A DNA stretch of 56,739 bases from Dehalococcoidia bacterium. GTDB taxonomy: Bacteria; Chloroflexota; Dehalococcoidia; GIF9; AB-539-J10. This document shows, piece after piece, positions 50,454 to 56,739 of this stretch. Below the pieces are notes generated by a model. It was not told the origin of the DNA. It searched no databases and worked only from the letters and a program-made list of their open reading frames with translations. The stretch spans positions 1 through 56,739 of the forward strand of contig JBEKTM010000004.1 of the NCBI GenBank assembly GCA_049516035.1, written 5' to 3'. Position 1 is the first letter of the stretch, and each line of letters begins with the position of its first letter. Position numbers and translations under genes: made by a program.

Positions 50454-51332
50454 ATGATGGCTGAAATTATTTATCTCAACGGTCAACTTATCCCTCGCTC
50501 TGAGGCCAAGCTGTCTCCGTTCGACCACGGCTTCCTTTACGGATACGGCTTATTCGAGACCATGCGAGCCTACAACGGCCATATCTTTCGCCTCGACTCT
50601 CATCTCACCCGCCTTCGCCATTCTGCCGAGATACTCGGTCTGATGTATAATGTCATTGCGAGCGAAGCGAAGCAATCTCTAGAGAGTGCCTGTACAGCAA
50701 CTTTAGAAGCTAATAAGCTCAAGGACGCTCGCCTGAGGCTCACCGTTTCGACAGGTGAAGGCGATATGACGCCCGACCCCAGCACCTGCACCAGTCCTAC
50801 TATCCTGATCACTGCTCAAAACCTTGTTCCCTTACCACCCGAAAAATATGAATCAGGCTTCAAAGCAGCCATATCTTTCCTGCGTCGCAATAGCCAGTCA
50901 CCTTTATCTCGATTGAAATCCACTTGCTATATGGAAAATATCCTCGCCCGCATGGCAGCCAAAGCTGGGGGATGCGATGAAGCTATCCTCCTCAATGAAC
51001 AAGGCTACCTGGCCGAAGGCAGCACGACTAATGTCTTCATTGTGAGCCATGGAGAGCTCATCACACCTTGTTTTGAAAGCGGTGTCCTGCCCGGCATCAC
51101 CAGGGACGCAGTCCTGGAAATAGCCCGGACTTCAAATATCAAGGCCACAGAAAGATGGGTGGAGTTAAACGAACTAATCGAGGCTGAAGAAGCCTTCCTC
51201 ACCAATTCCATACTGGAGCTTATGCCTTTGGTCTCCATCGAGGGCAGGACTATCGGTTCGGGCAAACCCGGCAAGCTAACCAAAGATTTGCTGTTTGCTT
51301 ATAGAAAACTCGTAGACGAAGCAGTACAATAG
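50454..51332 (+). CDS. Class IV (fold-type IV) PLP enzyme: aminodeoxychorismate lyase (PabC) or branched-chain amino acid aminotransferase
   Basis: FDHGFLYGYGLFETMRAY, LEGSTTNVF-like (AEGSTTNVFIV), LPGITRD. Start set at ATG 50454 because the ORF-track extension from 50403 is translation of the repeat. It contains an in-frame repeat copy at 50652-50679. Confidence 0.8.
   Translation: MMAEIIYLNGQLIPRSEAKLSPFDHGFLYGYGLFETMRAYNGHIFRLDSHLTRLRHSAEILGLMYNVIASEAKQSLESACTATLEANKLKDARLRLTVSTGEGDMTPDPSTCTSPTILITAQNLVPLPPEKYESGFKAAISFLRRNSQSPLSRLKSTCYMENILARMAAKAGGCDEAILLNEQGYLAEGSTTNVFIVSHGELITPCFESGVLPGITRDAVLEIARTSNIKATERWVELNELIEAEEAFLTNSILELMPLVSIEGRTIGSGKPGKLTKDLLFAYRKLVDEAVQ
50652..50679 (+). repeat. 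28-nt copy of the dispersed palindromic repeat embedded in frame in the class IV aminotransferase gene
   Basis: gtcattgcgagcgaagcgaagcaatctc, identical to 39973-40000. It encodes VIASEAKQS within ...ILGLMYN-VIASEAKQS-LESACTA... Confidence 0.9.
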
Positions 51333-51345
51333 ACAATGTAAAGCC

Positions 51346-52194
51346 ATGAATCCAGACAAAACAGGCGAACTCCTTTTCGGGACAGGCGGTGTTCCCCTCA
51401 GTGCTGAATCCCGTTCCACAGAAGCCGGCATTGAGCGTATTGCTGAACTCGGCCTGGGCTGCATGGAGGTAGAATTTGTCCAGGGGGTAAAGATGAGCCC
51501 TCAGGTTGCTGCCTCTGTGGGAGAATTAGCAGCCAGGAAGAACGTTGTGCTCACCGCCCACGGACCTTACTTTATAAACCTAAACGCCGTCGAGCCGCAA
51601 AAAGTGCACATGAGCAAAGAAAGGATACTGCAAACTGCTCGCATTGCTGCCCTTTTCGGCGCCAGGAGTATTACCTTCCATGCCGCCTTTTATCTCAAAA
51701 GCACTCCCGCCGAGACCTACGCCGTGGTCAAAAAGCATCTGCAAGAGGTAGTAAACACTCTGCGCAAAGAGGGAAACAAAGTGACGATTTCCCCGGAAGT
51801 TACAGGCAAACCCTCCCAATTCGGCACCCTGGAGGAACTACTTCAGCTCAGCAGCGAGATAGAAGGAGTTGCCCCCTGCATTGATTTTTCTCACTGGCAT
51901 GCCCGGACGGGAAAGGCCAACTCCTATCAAGAGTTTCTCGCTATGTTAGACCAGGTTGAAAAGAAACTGGGCAGGCGTGGCCTGGATAACATGCATATCC
52001 ACTTCTCCGGGATTGCCTACGGCAACAAGGGCGAGATCAAGCATTTAATGCTCCCGGACTCAGACTTCCAGTATGCAGAGCTACTCAAAGCCCTGAAGGA
52101 ACGGAAGGCAAAGGGAGTAGTCATTTGCGAGAGCGTCCCTTATCTAGAGCAGGATGCCCTCCTCCTCCAGCAGACCTACCGGGAACTCCGTTAG
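51346..52194 (+). CDS. Xylose-isomerase-like TIM-barrel protein, endonuclease IV (AP endonuclease family 2)-like
   Basis: 282 aa with LTAHGPYFINL, ITFHAAFY, CIDFSHWHA, HIHFSGI, a His/Asp/Glu metal-ligand pattern resembling Nfo-family enzymes. Confidence 0.6.
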   Translation: MNPDKTGELLFGTGGVPLSAESRSTEAGIERIAELGLGCMEVEFVQGVKMSPQVAASVGELAARKNVVLTAHGPYFINLNAVEPQKVHMSKERILQTARIAALFGARSITFHAAFYLKSTPAETYAVVKKHLQEVVNTLRKEGNKVTISPEVTGKPSQFGTLEELLQLSSEIEGVAPCIDFSHWHARTGKANSYQEFLAMLDQVEKKLGRRGLDNMHIHFSGIAYGNKGEIKHLMLPDSDFQYAELLKALKERKAKGVVICESVPYLEQDALLLQQTYRELR

Positions 52195-52210
52195 AACGGC
52201 GACTCTTATC

Positions 52211-52239
52211 TTGACATTACCCGAGGTTATTGTTAGTAT
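52211..52239 (+). promoter_or_regulatory. Possible sigma-70 promoter of the first toxin-antitoxin cassette
   Basis: TTGACA (52211-52216), 17 nt, TAGTAT (52234-52239). It is followed by an inverted repeat tacata-N10-tatgta that could be an operator. Confidence 0.4.
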
Positions 52240-52287
52240 ATCCATACATATGGATGGAAGTATGTACAATTGGCAGGAGTATGTGAT

Positions 52288-52563
52288 ATGAAAAGAAAAG
52301 TAACCTTAGTATTTCACGATGAAGACCTTTACACGCAACTGAGAATAGAGGCGATCAGAAGGCGTACAACCGCAAGCAACATCGTAGCAGATGCTGTGCG
52401 GGAATGGTTAGAGAGCCGTGAAGATGCCGAATTGTTGCCCGTAATTGATTCAGCTCGTGCCGAATGGAAAGAGAAGGGTGGGCGCCCGTGGTCCGAAGCA
52501 GAACGTGAATTAGAGGAATCGATTAGCCGTCGAGAGGGGCGTGCCCGGGCAAGGCGTGTATAG
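52288..52563 (+). CDS. Ribbon-helix-helix (CopG-like) type II antitoxin
   Basis: MKRKVTLVFHDEDLYTQLRIEAIRRRTTASNIVADAVREWL fits a beta-strand plus two helices RHH fold. AGGAG lies 8 nt upstream of ATG 52288. Stop overlaps the toxin start. Confidence 0.65.
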   Translation: MKRKVTLVFHDEDLYTQLRIEAIRRRTTASNIVADAVREWLESREDAELLPVIDSARAEWKEKGGRPWSEAERELEESISRREGRARARRV

Positions 52564-52828
52564 ACTTGAGATATCACCGGCTGCCGACCGCGACGTGGAG
52601 AAGCTCAAGGGCCGGATTCGCATGCAGGACTTTGAGCGATTGAGGAATGCCGTCAGGAGCTTAGCCGAGGAACCTCGCCCCCGGGGAGTCAGGAAGATAA
52701 GAGGCGCAGAGAAGGCTTATCGCATCAGGGTGGGCAATTACCGGGTGGTTTATGATGTTTATGACAGCGACGGGCTGGTATTGATTCTGCAGGTTGCCCG
52801 CAGGAGTGAGACAACCTATCGCCAGTAG
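52556..52828 (+). CDS. RelE/ParE-family type II toxin
   Basis: YRLEISPAADRDVEKL....YRIRVGNYRVVYDVYDSDGLVLILQVARRSETY, the typical RelE/StbE pattern. GTG 52556 overlaps the antitoxin stop (alternative GTG 52541). Confidence 0.8.
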   Translation: MYRLEISPAADRDVEKLKGRIRMQDFERLRNAVRSLAEEPRPRGVRKIRGAEKAYRIRVGNYRVVYDVYDSDGLVLILQVARRSETTYRQ

Positions 52829-52882
52829 CTCTGGTAATCAACGAGAGGCTGAAGTCCATCCGGAACTACGGATACTCCCAAG

Positions 52883-52933
52883 ACATAATGCCTGATTTGT
52901 GGCAGGCCTGATTGGTGTGGTATCCTTAAAATT
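52883..52933 (+). repeat. Cassette-associated 51-nt repeat, copy A
   Basis: acataatgcctgatttgtggcaggcctgattggtgtggtatccttaaaatt. Gapless alignment to copies B and C at 40 of 51 and 42 of 51 positions by hand count. Confidence 0.85.
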
Positions 52934-52994
52934 AAGTATTTTCTTTAAGGAGTGCGTCGTGCCCGTGATGAGGTCAAGAAAGAGGTGATGAACA

Positions 52995-53243
52995 ATGGCC
53001 AAAACTGGTGGTTACAAAGGTAAGCTACTGGAAGAGGTGAAGTCGCTTTCCGAGGGACGGGTCAAGGCCGTGGCTGACTTCGCCGCCTACCTCAAGGAAA
53101 GGGAGGAGTGGGAGGCAACAGGGGAAATCCTGGGCGACGAGGAGCTGGCGCAGCAGGTGAAGGAGTCTCGGAAAGCATGGGCTGAAGATAGGAAGGGAGA
53201 GTTTGTCTCTCTGGAGGAGCTGAAGGCGAAGCTAAATGTATAA
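52995..53243 (+). CDS. Putative type II antitoxin
   Basis: 82-aa acidic protein immediately upstream of and overlapping (8 nt, ATGTATAA) a RelE-like toxin gene. Confidence 0.6.
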   Translation: MAKTGGYKGKLLEEVKSLSEGRVKAVADFAAYLKEREEWEATGEILGDEELAQQVKESRKAWAEDRKGEFVSLEELKAKLNV

Positions 53244-53490
53244 CGTTGTTCTGAGCCGGAATGCCTCCAGAACACTGGAAAAAGCCACCCCAACCATGAG
53301 ACGTCGCGTCATCGTTGCTTTGGAAAGACTCAAGTCCAAGCCCCACAGTGGAAAGAGACTCCGGGGTGAACTAGAAGGGTTGTTCAGTTTGCGCATCGGC
53401 GGTATGCGGGCTGTGTATGGACTAGATACCAGGAAGAACGTGGTGGTCGTCCTTGCCATTGGCCCTCGGGGCGACATCTACAATAAGTGA
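53236..53490 (+). CDS. RelE/StbE-family type II toxin
   Basis: LSRNASRTLEK....RRRVIVALERL...P..GKRLRGELEGLFSLRIGGMRAVYGLDTRKNVVVVLAIGPRGDIY, the typical RelE pattern. Confidence 0.8.
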   Translation: MYNVVLSRNASRTLEKATPTMRRRVIVALERLKSKPHSGKRLRGELEGLFSLRIGGMRAVYGLDTRKNVVVVLAIGPRGDIYNK

Positions 53491-53508
53491 TTGCTTCCTA
53501 ATCTGGGG

Positions 53509-53559
53509 ACATAATACCTTATTTGTGGCAGGTTTGATTGAGGTGGTGTCGCTGGAATT
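53509..53559 (+). repeat. Cassette-associated 51-nt repeat, copy B
   Basis: acataataccttatttgtggcaggtttgattgaggtggtgtcgctggaatt, 19 nt after the toxin stop. Confidence 0.85.
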
Positions 53560-53567
53560 GGGGAGCT

Positions 53568-54194
53568 TCACGCGGTTGGGGCTTTTCTCAACATGGCAAA
53601 GATCGTCAGTTCCGTTCCCGGCATCTTGTCCTCTGAAACAACCTCGAATCCGAACCGCCGGTAGATAGCCACATTCTTCCGGACGTTCGTCTCCAGATAG
53701 CACGGCATTCGCTCGCGGTCGATACGTTCCAGCACCGGTCTCAGCAACCGGCTGCAAAATCCTTGTCCCTGGTATGCCGGGGCTACTCCGATAATCTGCA
53801 GATACCAGTGAGGGTACGGGACCAGCCTGCAGTGCAGGTCATCTACGAATCTACCATAAGCCCGCATTCGGCCTGCCCCCTGGCGTCCGAACCTGAAAAG
53901 AGTTGAGAGCGGGACCGAGCGCATAATTTGCGAGGCTCCAAACGGCGACTTCCCCGGCGGCAGCCAGGCTGCTACGCCCTCCAGCTTCTCTGAAGATGCA
54001 TAGACTTCGCCGTATTTCAGACAGACAGAAAGTTCGATGAAACCTAACCTATCGGCTGCTGCATGCCGCTCCCTTTCATCAGGGAAATAGTACCGGAACA
54101 GCTCGTATTCTGTGAAGGCCCTCCCCAGCACCGCAGCCCCGGCATCCCGTTCTTTCAGAGTTAGCCTTAGCAACTCGCCGGTCTGATTATCCAT
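53568..54194 (-). CDS. GNAT-family N-acetyltransferase
   Basis: IIGVAPAYQGQGFCSRLLRPVLERID (acetyl-CoA motif A, Q/RxxGxG) and YRRFGFEV near the C terminus. Confidence 0.8.
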   Translation of the reverse strand: MDNQTGELLRLTLKERDAGAAVLGRAFTEYELFRYYFPDERERHAAADRLGFIELSVCLKYGEVYASSEKLEGVAAWLPPGKSPFGASQIMRSVPLSTLFRFGRQGAGRMRAYGRFVDDLHCRLVPYPHWYLQIIGVAPAYQGQGFCSRLLRPVLERIDRERMPCYLETNVRKNVAIYRRFGFEVVSEDKMPGTELTIFAMLRKAPTA

Positions 54195-54336
54195 GCTTCA
54201 TTTCCAGCAATTGGAAACTATACCTCAATTTATAGCTGCGCCGGGCGCGGCTGTCATCAATTATAGCAAAGGATGTCGCTGCCACAGGAATAGCCAGGAA
54301 AGTGCGTTCAATTCCAGTATGGCGCTATTCTGGGGG

Positions 54337-54387
54337 AGATAATGCCTGACCTGTAGCAGGCCTGATTGGTATGATGTCCCTGAAATT
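54337..54387 (+). repeat. Cassette-associated 51-nt repeat, copy C
   Basis: agataatgcctgacctgtagcaggcctgattggtatgatgtccctgaaatt. Its flanking arms GGGGGAGATAATGCC / GGTATGATGTCCCTG form an imperfect inverted repeat. Confidence 0.85.
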
Positions 54388-54468
54388 CCCGCGTACTCTC
54401 TTATTATGGACAAAAAGGCAAGTTGCCTAAAAAGATGGGTACTATGCTTGACATGCCATTCAGGTAAA

Positions 54469-55941
54469 TCACTCTAGGTAGCCCTTGAGTTTTCGACTGC
54501 GGGAGGGATGACGTAACTTGCGCAGGGCCTTGCCTTCAATCTGTCGTATTCTTTCTCGAGTTACATTGAATTCTTTACCCACCTCTTCCAGAGTTCGAGC
54601 ATGTCCGTCCTTAAGACCAAATCTAAGCTGGAGCACCTTTTTTTCTCGTTCGGTAAGTTCATCGAGCACTTTGTCTATTTGTTCTTTGAGTAGCTGCTGT
54701 GAAGTGGCTTCAGCTGGTGCTAAACTGGCGTGATCTGCAACAAAGTCGCCTAACAGGCTATCACCATCTTCGCCAATGGGCATGTCTAGCGACATCGGCT
54801 GACGGAAAAACAAAGCCATGCCCCCTTCCACCCTTTCTGGGGATATATTCAGGCGGCTGCCAATTTCTTCGTAACTTGGTTCGCGTCCGAGTTCTTGAAC
54901 TAACTGCCGCGTTGTGCGTAATACCTTGTTAATTATTTCCACCATGTGTACCGGAATGCGAATGACACGGGATTGGTCAGCTATAGATCGAGTGATACCT
55001 TGCCTGATCCACCAGGTGGCATAGGTACTGAACTTGTAGCCTCTTCTATACTGAAACTTCTCTATAGCTCGCATGAGGCCGATATTCCCTTCCTGGATAA
55101 GATCAAGGAAGGGCATGCCACGCGCGATATGCCTCTTAGCTATGCTAACCACCAGGCGCAGGTTTGCTTCAGTGAGGTGCCTTTCTGATGTTTCTGCTTC
55201 GGTCCTCACCTTTTCAAAGTAAGCCTTGAACTCACTGCTATGAGAATCGAGTTGAGACAGGAACCCGTTGTTACTCAGGAGAGCCTTTAGTTTTCGCCAT
55301 GAAGTTTTATCTCTAGCCAGGAGCTCTAGCAATTGCGGGGGCAAAAGTTGACTGTTTATGGAAAGATTTACTATGGCTTCCTCGTCCGCAGTGGTCCCAT
55401 TATCTATCCCCTCAGCGATTGCAGCTATTAGCGATGGATCTATAACAACGTCAATGGCCGAGCGAAATTCAGGATTTCTGATCGTCTCTACCACATTGCT
55501 GGAGGGTTCGATACCAATACGCTCCTCAATAATCCGAGCAACGGGATATGCCTTGGATAATTGGAAAATCACGTGAATAGCTATGTCAACAGGTGAAGGG
55601 AATTTCTTATATTTCCTGAAGTGGTTATACTCGATCCTTTCCACGTATCTACCCAGCTCCATCTCCCTGCATAGTACCTTCTCTTCGTGAGCTGTAAGCA
55701 GTGCCACCCTGCCGACTTCCTGCAGATACATACGAATTGAGTCGTCAATTACCTCGTAGTCCCCTGGTGTTACCGGAGGCTTGATCTCTTCAGCTTCCTC
55801 GGGAAGGGATTCTTCGCCCTCTTCTTTCTCGTCAACTTCCTCAACTATGGCGCTGACATCTTCAACTCCGGCTTCATCGCTGAGTAAGCCTTCAGCCAAT
55901 ATCTCATCACTATCCAGGTTGATGTTTTTTCCTCTAGCCAT
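54469..55941 (-). CDS. rpoD: Primary RNA polymerase sigma factor (sigma-70 family, group 1)
   Basis: Acidic region 1, region 2 ([47 protein letters not shown]), region 3, and region 4.2 ([30 protein letters not shown]). Confidence 0.93.
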   Translation of the reverse strand: MARGKNINLDSDEILAEGLLSDEAGVEDVSAIVEEVDEKEEGEESLPEEAEEIKPPVTPGDYEVIDDSIRMYLQEVGRVALLTAHEEKVLCREMELGRYVERIEYNHFRKYKKFPSPVDIAIHVIFQLSKAYPVARIIEERIGIEPSSNVVETIRNPEFRSAIDVVIDPSLIAAIAEGIDNGTTADEEAIVNLSINSQLLPPQLLELLARDKTSWRKLKALLSNNGFLSQLDSHSSEFKAYFEKVRTEAETSERHLTEANLRLVVSIAKRHIARGMPFLDLIQEGNIGLMRAIEKFQYRRGYKFSTYATWWIRQGITRSIADQSRVIRIPVHMVEIINKVLRTTRQLVQELGREPSYEEIGSRLNISPERVEGGMALFFRQPMSLDMPIGEDGDSLLGDFVADHASLAPAEATSQQLLKEQIDKVLDELTEREKKVLQLRFGLKDGHARTLEEVGKEFNVTRERIRQIEGKALRKLRHPSRSRKLKGYLE

Positions 55942-56138
55942 TGTTATTTCTCTTTTTTGAGGAAGACCTCCTGAAGTTGTTGCCCGGAACCGGAATTTGT
56001 GGTTGTGCTAATTTGTTGGGGGGGGGGAATTCAGCCCTTGCCTTGCCAGACCGCCTCCCAGCCACTCTTATTGTAGCACAACGTCCGTAGTTTGGGAAGA
56101 TTGTTCACTCCCTCACGTGATTAGTGACACCTCTTTTT

Positions 56139-56213
56139 GTCATTGCGCGGAACGAGATTCCTCGCTGACGCTTAGGAACAAGCTACGCAATCTCGGCGGG
56201 GCTAAGAGATTGC
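56139..56213 (+). repeat. Copy of the dispersed palindromic repeat family, upstream of rpoD
   Basis: gtcattgcgcggaacgagattcctcgctgacgcttaggaacaagctacgcaatctcggcggggctaagagattgc. GCAATCTC and GAGATTGC are an 8-bp inverted repeat. Confidence 0.75.
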
Positions 56214-56404
56214 ACTTTAGTCAGGAAAGTGCTTTCAATCGTGAGACCGCCAAGACCACCGATGTTTCCCTTTCCGGGATGATTCGTTTTGTAAAAATGG
56301 TTATTTTTTTCTGGAGTTCAACAGCTCTTTTTCATACGTAAGGCGATTACCTCCGGAAGATTCAGTTGTTAAAGTACGTACGATTCGTTTCGTCGGTCTG
56401 CCCT

Positions 56405-56737
56405 TTATATTTGCAAGCCGTGGAGGCTGGCGGAGTGACGCATGGAGGCGATTTCCAAAAGATTCTCGACAACAGTTTTCAGGTAGTTGCGGTCGGTTGG
56501 GTCCAACCGGTAATTTGCAGAGTACAATTTTACGAGTAATCTGGAGGCTTCTCTGATTACGCGCAAGTTACCTGGGTCGTGCTGAAGAGAAGACTGTAAC
56601 TTGACGCGAATGAACGCTATTTCAGGGTCAACGCCTTCCAGATTCGTAATGTTCCACAGTTGGGATGTTTCGGCAGGGCTAAGGGTACCGGAATAGAAGC
56701 CATGTTTGCAGGCATTCCGGTTGCCTTTCTGGCCACC
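56405..56737 (-). CDS. 3' part of a hypothetical protein with a GNRNAxKHGFYS motif; 5' end outside the window
   Basis: My own translation of the minus strand from the window edge: GGQKGNRNACKHGFYSGTLSPAETSQLWNITNLEGVDPEIAFIRVKLQ...ASLHGLQI-stop (TAA at 56405-56407). Open for 111 codons, not in the supplied ORF track because it lacks a start. Confidence 0.4.
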   Translation of the reverse strand, partial: GGQKGNRNACKHGFYSGTLSPAETSQLWNITNLEGVDPEIAFIRVKLQSSLQHDPGNLRVIREASRLLVKLYSANYRLDPTDRNYLKTVVENLLEIASMRHSASLHGLQI

Positions 56738-56739
56738 GC

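Noticed and set aside
52883-54387. Calling the 51-nt repeats bona fide integron attC sites
   Set aside because: I could not find the canonical R''/R' cores (RYYYAAC / GTTRRRY) or an intI gene in the window. I report it as an integron-like cassette pattern only, pending a covariance-model search.

Overview
The window is bacterial: it carries a sigma-70 rpoD, Shine-Dalgarno sites and 4-nt overlapping operon junctions. Taxonomy cannot be fixed from sequence alone; a Chloroflexota-like origin is only a guess. I saw no rRNA, tRNA or CRISPR.

**Layout**
- 1-3.5 kb: UDP-GlcNAc supply genes, namely a phosphohexomutase 3' end, a GlmU-like gene with an apparent frameshift, and glmS.
- 3.5-37.4 kb: a ~34 kb glycan-assembly island in two convergent arms.
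  - Modules present: two GDP-mannose dehydratase/fucose-synthase pairs, a GDP-4-amino-sugar module, a GT10 fucosyltransferase, GT2/GT4/CgeB-like transferases and methyltransferases.
  - Also present: a Wzx-like flippase, a CDP-3,6-dideoxyhexose module (rfbF/G/H) with a split transketolase, and a WbpA/B/D/E-type module.
  - The island ends in an STT3/AglB/PglB-type oligosaccharyltransferase with WWDYG. Its 3' end is split by a 26-bp tandem duplication.
  - The junction of the two arms (12.1-13.1 kb) is a graveyard of gene fragments.
- 37.5-52.2 kb: housekeeping genes (rhomboid protease, hydrolase, cimA, leuB, leuA, an amidotransferase, a class IV aminotransferase, an Nfo-like gene). They are interrupted by an accessory block that includes an AT-rich, membrane-anchored SbcC/SbcD-like (YhaN/YhaO-like) pair.
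- 52.2-54.4 kb: three small cassettes (two RelE/ParE toxin-antitoxin pairs and a GNAT), each followed by the same 51-nt repeat. rpoD follows.

**Dispersed repeat**
A short palindromic repeat with termini GTCATTGCGAG...GCAATCTC is scattered through the window. It occurs twice as an identical 28-mer, in frame, inside conserved enzyme genes (cimA and the class IV aminotransferase).

All functional calls rest on motif recognition by eye. No database search was run.
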